The notes under the pieces are model-generated. The model was not told where the DNA came from and searched no databases. It saw only the letters and a program-made list of their open reading frames with translations. A DNA stretch of 63,624 bases, counting the filler, from Octopus bimaculoides (taxonomy: Eukaryota), in assembly GCF_001194135.2 (NCBI RefSeq). It is 7 parts of 7 records of this genome, joined end to end, with 100 filler letters (N's around TTAATTAATTAA, not from the genome) between each part and the next. Parts side by side here need not be neighbours in the genome. Positions count along the whole stretch, not along the records: positions 1 to 27,041 come from NC_068987.1; 6 more parts are not named here. The stretch is one strand, 5' to 3'. Below are positions 1 through 11,105 of this stretch, piece by piece. Made by a program: the position numbers and the translations under genes. Numbering within the stretch: the first letter of the stretch is position 1; the number at the start of each line of letters is the position of its first letter.

Positions 1-339
1 AAGTTTAGGCACGAAAATTAAGTATGGTATTATCCATGCAGTTTCAAAATAAGGTGATTAAAGTTAAAATAAGCAACAAAGATATCCAAAGTTAATGCAG
101 TACGATCGTTTCATGCGACTCCATTTAATTAAGCAATGTGAACATTACATCAAATATAAAATGCAGAGCAATCCTCAGCTGCACAAAGATATAGAAATTT
201 AATGCAATTACATTTAAACAGAAGGACATATTTTTATAACTACATTTAAACTCTCCAAGTAGAAAGGACGAATACTAGCCTGTATGGTCTGGCTAAGTCA
301 AAATGGTTTTTGTATCCTTCCGTTGTAACTCTATTGAAC

Positions 340-1045
340 AACATGCTATCTCAGCTCAAATGAGATGGGCTGGACATGTTATTAGAATGAAAGATGAGCG
401 ATTGCTATAGCGTCTTTTTTATGGTGTGCTCAACTTTGGTAAGTGACCACGACATAAGCCGAGGAAAAGGTATAAAGACTGTGAAGGAAAACCTGAAGAA
501 ACTAGATATGAACAAAAGTGATTGGGAAACTGACGCTCTGGATCGGAACAAGTAAATGGGTGCTGTTAAGACTGGTTGTTATGACCGGGATGAAAAGATG
601 GTTCAGCGCTCTGCGCTTAAAAGTGCCTGTCGCAAAGGAACAATTGGAACTGAAATCAACATTGAATATTGGATATGCATTGCGTGCGATCGTGTTTTGT
701 TGTCAAAAGCAGCATACGTGAATCATATGAAGTCAGATGAAAATCGAAATGCCCAGGTAGGTAATAGTCTTAACCCCAGCCACCTCTTACGACTTGTGTC
801 TTATGTCATAAAAGTTGTATGACAAAACCCGGACTTAAAAGACATATGCTAGTTCATGAAAAAACATTCCTACAGAATCAGATTCCAAAGGGCAAAAATA
901 TTGAAGAAATTTGAATATCTGTGACGTGTTTTAAACCGTGTCAGTCAGCAGCTGGTCTTAAAAGTCATCTAGGGCTCATCAGTGGAGAGATTGTGCTGTG
1001 TGATGGGATGTGGTGCGTGCGCTGATGGAACGGCTATCATCATTT
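340..1045 (+). mobile_element. RTE-clade LINE 3' fragment with C-terminal C2H2 zinc fingers (decayed)
   Basis: Translates QLRWAGHVIRMKDERL...LFYG..GK.PRHKPRKRYKD (RTE C-terminus), then CIAC...H and TCVLCHKSCMTKPGLKRHMLVH; stops and frameshifts; ends in an (ATGT)/(TA) tail. Confidence 0.8.
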
Positions 1046-1466
1046 ATGTATGTATGTGTGTATGTACATATGTTATATATATATATATATATATATATNN
1101 NNNNNNNNNNNNNNNNNNNNNNNNNNNNNNNNNNNNNNNNNNNNNNNNNNNNNNNNNNNNNNNNNNNNNNNNNNNNNNNNNNNNNNNNNNNNNNNNNNNN
1201 NNNNNNNNNNNNNNNNNNNNNNNNNNNNNNNNNNNNNNNNNNNNNNNNNNNNNNNNNNNNNNNNNNNNNNNNNNNNNNNNNNNNNNNNNNNNNNNNNNNN
1301 NNNNNNNNNNNNNNNNNNNNNNNNNNNNNNNNNNNNNNNNNNNNNNNNNNNNNNNNNNNNNNNNNNNNNNNNNNNNNNNNNNNNNNNNNNNNNNTATATA
1401 TATATATATATACGTACATACATACATACATACATACACATACACTTAAAATTTAAAGAATGAGGT

Positions 1467-1680
1467 ACAAGAAAGAAACGGTTAAGAACTTCATTACATT
1501 AGCTTACAGCTGTTTTTGCAACAAGATGCAGTGAACTCATAGTTGAGTGCTTGAATAACACCCTATAGCTTCATCAGAGCCTCCAGTATGAGGTCACTCA
1601 TCTACACATCTACAATCTCTATAGAAGAAACAGCTGTAAGCTAATGAAATTCATAACATAACCGTTCTTTTTCTTTTGTC
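1467..1680. repeat. Short element with long inverted arms (MITE-like or Penelope pLTR-derived)
   Basis: Perfect 19-bp inverted repeat 1497-1515/1628-1646 plus degenerate outer arms at 1467-1484/1659-1679. Confidence 0.6.
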
Positions 1681-1960
1681 ATCTCATTTTCTTATAACTG
1701 TTCTATACTTGTCTAGCACTTCGTTCTGAAACATAAGTATATTGAGTTCTACATCAGGTTATTAGTCTCACAATGCCTTAGCGAAATATCAAAACACACA
1801 CACACACACATAATATGCGTGTGTGTGTTTGTGCCTGTGGATGCGTGTGTGTGTGTATCCCCGCCTTCATATATCTGTATGCATATGCTTATTTGTTAAA
1901 GTAACGACCATCTTAGGTTTCTGTAAAATAAACATAAGCAGTGTGAAACGTGATACTTAC

Positions 1961-2094
1961 TCGATGGTTCTTGTTTAATGTTCAATAAACCATTCATACT
2001 GTTAATCATCGTATTGGTTAACGTATTATTAGGTGAATCAGAGTACTTTCGCTTCTTGGAGACGCTGTTAGCTTGACTTAAATAGTTGGATAAA
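1961..2094 (-). CDS. MYRF: MYRF orthologue, NLS/SUMO-motif exon (LSNYLSQANSVSKKRKYSDSPNNTLTNTMINSMNGLLNIKQEPS)
   Basis: Acceptor atttatttgcag|, donor A|gtaagt; 134 nt. KKRKYSDSP...NG..IKQEP matches vertebrate MYRF KKRKHSESP...NGMIKQEP (sequence recalled from memory). Confidence 0.93.
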
Positions 2095-2171
2095 CTGCAA
2101 ATAAATATGTCAGTGTACATATATATGGATGGCTGTGTGGATGACTTAGCTTTGAAATGAAACAAATGTTA

Positions 2172-2250
2172 TTATGTATTGTTAGGTGAATCAGGGTAAT
2201 TTTTGTTGTTGTTGGAGGCAGCATTGGCTTGACTTAAATAGTTGGATAAA
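2172..2250 (-). pseudogene. Diverged tandem duplicate of the 5' half of the MYRF NLS exon (pseudo-exon or alternative acceptor)
   Basis: About 2178-2314 aligns to 2022-2165, with 28 identical nt across the acceptor. Same frame reads LSNYLSQANAASNNNKNYPDSPNNT*, with TAA at 2172-2174. Confidence 0.8.
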
Positions 2251-2407
2251 CTGCTAATAAATATATTAATGTATATGGATATCTGTGTGAATAACGTATT
2301 GGCCTTGAAACGAAAGACTTGTGAGACCTCTTATGATTAGTATAAGGCCAGAAATTTTGTAGGTGAATGATACTGTGCAACAAAATTTTCTTTCTTTGTC
2401 TTTGTTC

Positions 2408-2805
2408 AGTAAGTGTTATTTCCTATTTGTTTCTATCCAGAAATCAAAGGAAATGATTTCTTCGGACATTACTTTCGTGACCTGGACATCAATGTTTTGA
2501 AACTGATCTATTTTCCATTCCATCTTCGACACATTCAACGCTGAATTGTTGAAGCAGAAATATCATTGTAGAAATATTCTGCTCAATACTACAGATTTGC
2601 TTGTCAGTTGCTTGACCATAACCGCTTAGTTGCTGACAATATGTGCATCTCTGATCATGAACAAGAGTAGTGGTGGAGCATCATAGCCATGTGTTGAAAG
2701 GGATTCTTTGGGATTTGAATAAATGAAACAAAAGCAGAGTTTGAAGGAAATATTAACGATTTTTCATACTTTCTAGGGGTAAGCAAATAGGAAATAACAC
2801 TTGCT
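2408..2805. mobile_element. Candidate MITE
   Basis: 22-bp terminal inverted repeats, 21/22 identical (agtaagtgttatttcctatttg at 2408-2429 vs 2784-2805). No clear TSD. Confidence 0.45.
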
Positions 2806-3668
2806 ATCCAAGGATAAAAAACGTGTTACACAGTGTTATTAGTCAATTGAAATGTCACCAGTGTTTATTTTATCTACACTGGAAGAATGAAAGTCGAAGC
2901 TATTCTCGGGGAGATTTGAACCAAGAACGTAAATGTCTGCAATTTAAATACTGAGAGGAAATTTGTCCAACACTCTAACGATTCTACAAATCCATTGCCG
3001 TTCTGTGCGTTACTTTAGTATTAACTCTGAAATGGGTATTTGGCAATGACTGTAACTGGTCCTGGTTCATTTCAAAATAGGTGAAAAAGATATTGATAAT
3101 TATAGTACCAAGATCAAATCCTTAGAAAGAAAAAAGAGTAAAAGGTGAAACAAGTTACGATATGTTTTGTACTGAGTATCGATCAGAAGTCGATAAAATA
3201 AAGTACTAGTCAGGTACTGGGATCAAATTAAATATACTCACAAAATATTTGTGAGTATTATTTTCAAGTAGTCTGTACTTAAAATATATGGTTAGCTTTG
3301 TCAACAGTCTGTGAGTCCCTTGATTAAGTGTACTTTATAATTAAGGCTTTGAATTTGGTCTGGAGAAATGAATTGCACAAAGGATTGTACCCATGTGGTC
3401 CCTAGAAACCAATGGGATCAATATGGTTGACGGCTTCAGGGAAACACACAGACAGAGATGGAGTCCCAGAAGTATGATATAATGGGGATGGAAAACTGGG
3501 TGAAATGTAATTAGTACGGGGGCCTGGAGTGAGTAGACGTAGCATGGGTGACAAGAAAAAGGAGAGGCGAGTGATTCTCGGCTGGTCCTGAGTGGAGGTG
3601 GTATAACATTAGCCAACTTCGAGCAATGGAAGCCTGTGAAAATACAAATGTAATACGAAAATACTTAC

Positions 3669-4155
3669 TGTCCATAATGCATGAGTGATTGTTGCTGTTG
3701 TTGTTGCTGTTGCTGTTGTTGTTGTTGTGACTGTGGTTGTTGATTCATCAGAGAACAGTTCTGGGGGAGACCCGGGGGAACCGCTTGTATATTTGAGGAC
3801 GAGATCAAAGCTTGTGTAGGGACAGAAGGATTTAGCTTCAGCGGGTCGTTACATAGATAAGAGCTGTAACCCAAGTTCCGAGTCCCACTGACGTTGCCAT
3901 GAGAGACCAGATGCATGTTGCCGGATGGTCCTCTCACTGACGTGTTGCCACCCAAAGGAGGGTACATGTGTTGCTGAGGTGTTTGGGCTATACCATTACG
4001 GAGATCATGCGGTGGTCGTGATGGATGAGGTGAATGGTGTGGCTGCAAGTGAGGCACCACATTGGGGTTATTGAGGTTCTGTTGATGGTGACGCTGTTGC
4101 GGGTTGTTGTGAGGGTTGTGATGAGAAATGCCACCTGGAATATTATGTTTGGTAT
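3669..4155 (-). CDS. MYRF: MYRF orthologue, low-complexity His/Asn/Pro/Gln-rich exon with Q13 tract
   Basis: Acceptor ttttgcttacag|, donor CA|gtaagt; 487 nt, phase 1 to phase 2. Open frame matches track ORF 3665-4183; phases fit both neighbouring exons (G+AT=Asp, CA+T=His). Confidence 0.9.
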
Positions 4156-4235
4156 CTGTAAGCAAAACAGAAATGATTAACAATAACAGTAGAAACAGCT
4201 ATACAACAAATCAACAACAATTATAGTATACACTG

Positions 4236-4515
4236 GCACTCCGTCGGTTACGACGACGAGGGTTCCAGTTGATCCGATCAACGGAACAGCTTGCTCTTGA
4301 AATTAATGTGCAAGTGGTTGAGCACTTCACAGTCACGTGTATCCTTAACGTAGTTCTCAGGGAGATTCAGTGTGACACTAATTTTTGCCAGCTGAGTGGA
4401 CTGGAGTAACGTGAAATAAAGTGTCTAGCTCCAGGACACAACACACAGCCTGGAATTGAACTCACGACCTTGCGACCGTGAGCTGATTTCTCTAGTCACT
4501 AAGTCATATGCTTTC
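4236..4515 (-). mobile_element. tRNA-derived SINE (same family as 44163-44547), with internal deletion or rearrangement
   Basis: Reverse complement matches the 3' half of 44163-44547 (gttgatcggatcaac..ggaaccctcg..gacggagtgcca). Confidence 0.8.
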
Positions 4516-5162
4516 ACAATAACAGTAGTCACAACAATAATAGCAAAAGTAACGACACCAACATCCCGTATGGAGTAAGACTGAATTGTCGATCTGGTTC
4601 ATTTTGAACTTTGTAGAGAGTGTATAGTTGTTTGGAGATGAAGCTCAGAAAGAGAAGGCCTAGTCTTTGTCACAGGCAATTCTATTTCTTTTATCTCATG
4701 AGGGATCATATTTGTACACACATTTCAAAGCAACGAGTAAGCTCTTTGATATTTGGCTGTTATATTTGCTGATCCAGTGACACTTTAAATACAGAATATC
4801 TATTTTTAGTTATTCAAAGGAACGTAAGATAGACAAATGAAGGTGAATGAAAGAAAGATTTTTTTTTCTGTAGGATCAAAATAAGACTTAATGGTAAGTC
4901 ATGATTTATTACTTTTAATATTTCTAGTAATTAATCTCAACAATGCAGCTCAGAACCCCCGTGCACGGATATTTGATAATGCAGGGATTAAGAAGATTTA
5001 CAAGTACCTCTTAGTAAACCAGAACGTTTGTCATTTTAGGATATAACTAATATGGAAACAAATAGCAAACGAATGTCAAATTAGACATTTACTTTAAGAC
5101 TGAAGTCATCTAAAATATTGATACTTGTTAGTAATACAGGACATGTATCGGATGTCGGTTTT

Positions 5163-5209
<47 letters not shown>

Positions 5210-6775
5210 AAGGGGTCCCAGGGACCCCCTAGGGGTCGGCGAGGGATTAAAGGGGGTCGATGATAGCCAAGGGGTCGGTGTGCGAAAGACCAGCTCACCC
5301 AGATTAACTACTCGAAATACTTAGTCAGTGCTATGCTCATCCCTCACATTGATGTTGTCAATTTCAATGAAAGATATTCCAGCAATATGATGCGTTTTTC
5401 ACATTTTCTAACCGTGAAAACAATTTCATAAAAATTGAAAGTTTAATACTGTATATTCGTGCACGTAGTTTTAAATGTAAAAAGTGCGTCATTTTCAATA
5501 GAATTTCTTAATTTGTTGTACATGTAATTATTAGCTAGCATTTTAACTGCCGGCGTCAGTACCCGGTACGCATTCAAGGTATGATACAGTAGGGTAGGAT
5601 ATTAAGATATTTTAAATGAGGAGGTGGCTAAAGGGGGTTGATGGTCGAAAAAGTTTGGCGACTCCTGCGTTACTCCATACTTTTGTAGAGTACAAATTTA
5701 TNNNNNNNNNNNNNNNNNNNNNNNNNNNNNNNNNNNNNNNNNNNNNNNNNNNNNNNNNNNNNNNNNNNNNNNNNNNNNNNNNNNNNNNNNNNNNNNNNNN
5801 NNNNNNNNNNNNNNNNNNNNNNNNNNNNNNNNNNNNNNNNNNNNNNNNNNNNNNNNNNNNNNNNNNNNNNNNNNNNNNNNNNNNNNNNNNNNNNNNNNNN
5901 NNNNNNNNNNNNNNNNNNNNNNNNNNNNNNNNNNNNNNNNNNNNNNNNNNNNNNNNNNNNNNNNNNNNNNNNNNNNNNNNNNNNNNNNNNNNNNNNNNNN
6001 NNNNNNNNNNNNNNNNNNNNNNNNNNNNNNNNNNNNNNNNNNNNNNNNNNNNNNNNNNNNNNNNNNNNNNNNNNNNNNNNNNNNTATATATGTATGGTGG
6101 ATTTGGTAGACCGAAACTGAGAGAAGCCCGTCGTGCGTGTGTGCATGTGTATGTGTGAGCGTGCGTGCGTGTGTGTGTATGTGTGTGTGTACATACATAT
6201 ATGTGCGTGTGTAATAATTAAATATTACACACATTTACATACATTCACTCACGAATACACACAAGGTCACATGTAAGTATACATAGGGCAGCAGTGTTAA
6301 ATTCCATCATACAGCAGATGGGCCATCGACAATTTTGATCGGATAGCATTAGTCGGAGGAGAGGAACCACGGAATGATTGTGGAAAGGGTACAAAAATAA
6401 AGAGTGAAAAATCATAGTGGTGCTCCAGCATGACCACATCCACCTGGCTGAAACCCATAAAAGAATAAAATAATATATGCAAAGGATGGAGACAAGGACA
6501 TATTATTTTGTCAATAGTCAAGAGAGGAATGGCAATTAGTACATAGTGTTTATACTCATTATACAATGACAATACTATTACTAGAACCTTCACTCATAAA
6601 TTCACACAAGAACCTTCACTCATAGGTTCACACACTCAGACACACAAACGCACAAACACCCAATCACATGTAAGCATACAAATACATAAGCAATTGAAAA
6701 CACAATGGACGATAGACGAAGACACAGAACTACTAATAAATAAAAGGACACACAGCAATGAGATGCATAACGTAC

Positions 6776-6834
6776 CTTGCTGTTCGTCTGAAGGGGAGTA
6801 AGGTTCTGAATCTGGAGGGCTGTCTGGAAGGGAG
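6776..6834 (-). CDS. MYRF: MYRF orthologue, 59-nt exon SLPDSPPDSEPYSPSDEQQ
   Basis: Acceptor ctttacttttcag|, donor G|gtacgt; phase 2 to phase 1. Encodes the MYRF-family motif LPDSPPDS(GS)E-YSP. Not in the ORF track. Confidence 0.92.
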
Positions 6835-7424
6835 CTGAAAAGTAAAGATTAATGATTAAAGAATTAAAGGAATTAAACATATCAGTGTTCGATAAAATAT
6901 CAAACATTTAATCTAGTTTAAATTCATCTCATTGTTTACCCTCTCCCTATCCTCTCTCTACTCTCCGTTTCCATCTCTCTCTCTTTTCCTCGTCTCCCGT
7001 CTCTTATAACGCTCTCATTTGCTTTCTGTTCTCTCCTTTAGATTTTCGTTATTTCCTTGACGGATATCAAAAACTGGGCGGTAAATGTGGGAGAAGCTCA
7101 GAATCGTTGGTTATTTTCAGGTGGTAAGCCGTTTCAAATGCTTGCAACAGAGTAGATTCATCTGAAGCAGTGCTAGTCAAAGTAGTGGCCATCAGCGAGC
7201 CGGCGAGTTTCCAGAAAAGAAACATTATAAAATACTTATAAAATGCTTATATAATATTGTATTATTGTAATATTGTATTATTGTCAACTTTTATTATATT
7301 CATAATATATATTTTTTCCGGTATAGATCAATATTACTAAGAAATATTACCGGTCCCTGGCACATTGGGGGAAAAAAACTGCCAGTACGCCACATCAGAT
7401 AGTTTGAGAAGCACTGATCTAAAG

Positions 7425-7674
7425 CATTGGTTCTCAGCTATTTTTTTTTACTATGGGCTCCCTTTGGCTTCTATTTTATTCTACTAGATCTCCATAACCA
7501 TTTGCTGTATATATAAAAATATCTTACTGCAATTTTTATAATTAAATATTAGAAATTGTATTCAAAAAATTAAAATAATTTGTGTGTTGTAGAAGTACAA
7601 CCAATTTATTGCGCATAATTTTTAACAACAAAATCTTATGAAAACCCGCAATGGGCCCCAGTTGAGAACCACTG
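7425..7674. mobile_element. hAT/Charlie-type MITE
   Basis: Termini CATTGGTTCTCAGCT / AGTTGAGAACCACTG; left flank ATCTAAAG fits the nTCTARAn target preference. Another hAT-like end (agtttgagaagcactg) lies at 7401-7416. Confidence 0.6.
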
Positions 7675-8003
7675 AAATAATGACACAAAAAGCCAGTCAA
7701 ATGGTGGTGTTAATCTGAAGATAGATTAAGTGTAGGACTCAATAGAAGGCACAGTCAATCGGAACGGGTTTTCGCAGTTTCTGTTTTCTTTCTCGTTTAC
7801 TTGTTTCAGTCAGTTGACCGCATTGAAGAGTTTAATCGAGTAAGCTGATTCCAATACCTGCATTTTAAAGTCTGATTCTTATTCTATCAGTAACTCAGGC
7901 CGAATTGGTAAGTCACGAGTACGTAAAGAAACTAATACCAGTTGTCAAGTGGCGGGGCGGGGGACACAAACACAAGGACACACACATATGCATAAATATA
8001 TAT

Positions 8004-8180
8004 ATGATTGGCTTCCATACAGTTTCTGTCTATCAAATTCACTCACAAGGTCAAGGTGTTGGTCGAGTTGAAGATTTAACAGAAAACACTTGCTCAAGGT
8101 GCCGCACAGTGGTATCAAACTAGAAACCACAACACAAGTGATTCGGAAGCGAACTTCAAAAACTAAACGACGGCCATGTT
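8004..8180 (-). mobile_element. tRNA-headed SINE family A (GGCG..GGCTGTGTGGTAAG head; AAGAAGCCCGTCGT + microsatellite tail)
   Basis: Homologous copies at 6094-6136, 22817-22928, 25111-25220, 26021-26185, 34398-34458, 54249-54400 and 56538-56610. Confidence 0.8.
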
Positions 8181-8292
8181 TGCACTTTTAGTCACGCATG
8201 GTTATATAACTATCAGATGGTACAATATATACAGTAATTTTGCAGGGAAGAATAAATGTTAGAATTTTTCTTCTCTTCTTTCTTTCATAATG

Positions 8293-8340
<48 letters not shown>

Positions 8341-8546
8341 GCTACTGCTACTGCTACTACTACTACTACTAGTTTCAACGTAGGTATCAAGTGTTGATTC
8401 AGTTAATTAAATGAGCCCTGAAAGGATTACATAGTCATATTTATGCAAATATTGAGAGCACGCAGATTTGAGGAAGACTGAAAATGTAGAAACTATTTTA
8501 GAATAGAGAAATACAAACAACATGTTAATATATATCCGCATACGTT

Positions 8547-8752
8547 AAGGCGGTGAGCTGGCAGAATGGTTAGTCGGCTAAGCAAAAATGCTTAGAGGCT
8601 TTAGGTTTCGTGTTCAATTCCACTGAGGTTGACTTTGCCTTTTTTCCTTTCGGGGTCAATAAATCAAATACCTTTGAAATACTAGAGTCGATGTAATCGA
8701 CTAGTCCCTTCCATCAAATTTTCAGTCGTTGTACCTTTATAAAAAGGATTAT
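8547..8752 (+). mobile_element. tRNA-headed SINE family B (aaggcggcgagctggcagaa head; gactttgcctttcatcctttcggggtcgataaa core)
   Basis: Copies at 11721-11900, 22925-23121, 23139-23356, 31845-32060 and 52468-52690; reverse-oriented relatives near 2850-3000, 7790-7990, 34135-34350 and 57005-57170. Core resembles the Nin/Deu-type conserved SINE domain (from memory, unverified). Confidence 0.8.
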
Positions 8753-9470
8753 ACGAACCCTCCCTTTTTTTCCGTCTTACTTAGTTTTATAGAAAATAGT
8801 ACGGCCACAACCACCATCAGTTACAACAACATCAACACTGATATCATCATCATGATGACCACCAACACTTTTTTAACAACATCGAAATAACAGCAAAATC
8901 TCCCTCAAATCACAGTTTACAGTCCTAAGTAAGACTTTCTGTAACGGAGGAAAATGGAAGCTTAATAAAGTTATGTATATCACGAGTGTTTCAGAGGGAT
9001 GGAAGAGAGATCATTCGGATTAATATACGAGGGATTTATCTTCTTCTGTATGATAGATTAACTGCTAAGTAAGAGAAAGACATATAAAAAGTGATCCAAA
9101 GAAAAGTAATAAATAAAATAACAAAAAAAAAGGTCTATGAGAAAATGTCTGTTTACTTTATGTAGATTCCTTTCATCCACTCTCCTCTCCTCTCTGTCTC
9201 TCTTTCTTCTCACCTGTTCGTAAAACCTGCTCTAAGTCAACGATCTTGACAGTTCTCTAGCTATTTCTTCTCTCAAACATCTGTTTTCTCGCTCTCCGTA
9301 TTTCTCTATTTAGATAACATCCACTCTCTATCCTAATGCTACCTCCCAAATCTCACCTTTATATTCTGAAGTAATTCAAGTCTTTCTGAGCACCCGTTTG
9401 ACAGATAAATCTTACACATGACCACCACCATTCTCTATCCGAGCTTACTTTATCACCCCGCTCTGCCCCG

Positions 9471-9554
<84 letters not shown>

Positions 9555-9625
9555 ACCCAAGACTTTCCTTTATTCGAACACTCTTAGGCAAATTTCAAAG
9601 TGAAGGAAACAAGACTAGTCATATT

Positions 9626-9683
<58 letters not shown>

Positions 9684-9949
9684 AAGAGGTAGAAAATTCC
9701 TTGCCTTGACAGGTAAGCATTTCTCGGATAACCATAGGTATAAAATATCTTTAAATAGATGTTCCGTGAAAGTTTCTTACAGATACTGTCCCAACATAAA
9801 AAAATGTTACTACACGCAAGCAAGTATAGGCGCCTACGTCAAAATGTAACTGTAGATATGCGTGGTTAACTCAGTAGCTGACGAAGTTATGGCTACTTCA
9901 GTTCCATAAAATAACAAAACTGAAAAGAAAAAGTGACTTTAAAAATAGG

Positions 9950-10225
9950 TATACAAACAACCAGTCTTCTTTCTGACATGTAAGGAGAAAATCACTAAGA
10001 TAGCTAGCGATATATGTGACTTCAGGGCCAACAGTATACCACATACCATCAAGTGGAACATTGTAGAACGATCCACGCCATACGTTAATGACTCAAATAG
10101 GTGCAAGCTTTGTATAGCCGAAAGGTCTCTTTTAAATCTAAGAACTCTACTGACCTCCTGAATTATAGATCTGAAATTTTCACTAAATGTGAGCATCTGG
10201 ATCAGTTTCTATTATTGAACAGGAT
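9950..10225 (+). mobile_element. Penelope-like element, C-terminal GIY-YIG endonuclease fragment
   Basis: Translates IKWNIVERSTPY..SNRCKLCIAE...LLNYRSEIFTKCEH, matching the PLE C-terminal pattern IKW.I...C.LC..E...LN.RSE...C.H; frameshifted. Confidence 0.7.
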
Positions 10226-10657
10226 TAAGCATGTAGCCCCACCAACTTTAACCGTTCTCCGTTCAAGGGAGTACATCGACCGTATCAATTCCCATTCTAA
10301 CGGGCCAAAAGGATGCAGCTCTTATCTCCCATCACTCCGTGCTTCTTTTTCTTCGTTCCCGTTTTCAATTGCTTTCATTTGTTTTCATTTTCGTTCTTTC
10401 TCATTGCTTCTCTCTTTTTCTAAAAGAGCAGCCATTATTATGAACCTGAACTATTGTCTGAAAATACACGCTCATACGACCATTGTATTATCAGGAGGTA
10501 TGAAACTTATAGTAGCTCGCATTTAAACCCTCTTTACGAGTGTGTGTGTGAGTGTGTGCGTGTATGTATGTATGTATGTATGTATATGATCGTGTGTTTG
10601 AGTGTGTACTGTATGTATGTATATGATCATGTGTTTGAATGTGTACTGTATGTATGT

Positions 10658-11105
10658 ATTAGAATGAAAGATAGTAGGATCCCTAAGTAGATGCTATATG
10701 GGGAACTTGTGAATGGAAAGAGACCCCCGACAGAAACCAAGGTTGCGATTTAAGGACTGTGTCAAGCCCTCATTAAATGCCTGTGATATGCAGGAGACTG
10801 ACAGGGAGAGCACTACGTGTCATCTCCACAGATGGAGGAAGCAGGTTAAGGAGGGGTCCGACACTTTTGAGAGAGTACGTATTCTGCATGAAGAACTTAA
10901 GCGTGCTGCTCGGAAGTGCACTGCTGGTGTAATAAATGGGGTAAGCTTGGTTTGCAATGTTTGCAGTCGTGTATGCTTGTTAAGAGCAGGGCTCATTAAC
11001 CACCAACGGAGCCGCAAGTGCAAAATATAAGTTAGTCCTAGAGCGCACGGTGTTTCTGAAGGTCAGCAATGGTCTTCCTCGGTTACGAGTGGACGGCCGT
11101 CATGT
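10658..11105 (+). mobile_element. RTE-clade LINE 3' end, 5'-truncated, single C2H2-like finger, (ATGT)n tail
   Basis: IRMKDSRIPK*MLYGELVNG..QKPRLRFKD...CNVCSRVCLLRAGLINHQRS; closely similar copy at 48378-48822. Confidence 0.85.
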
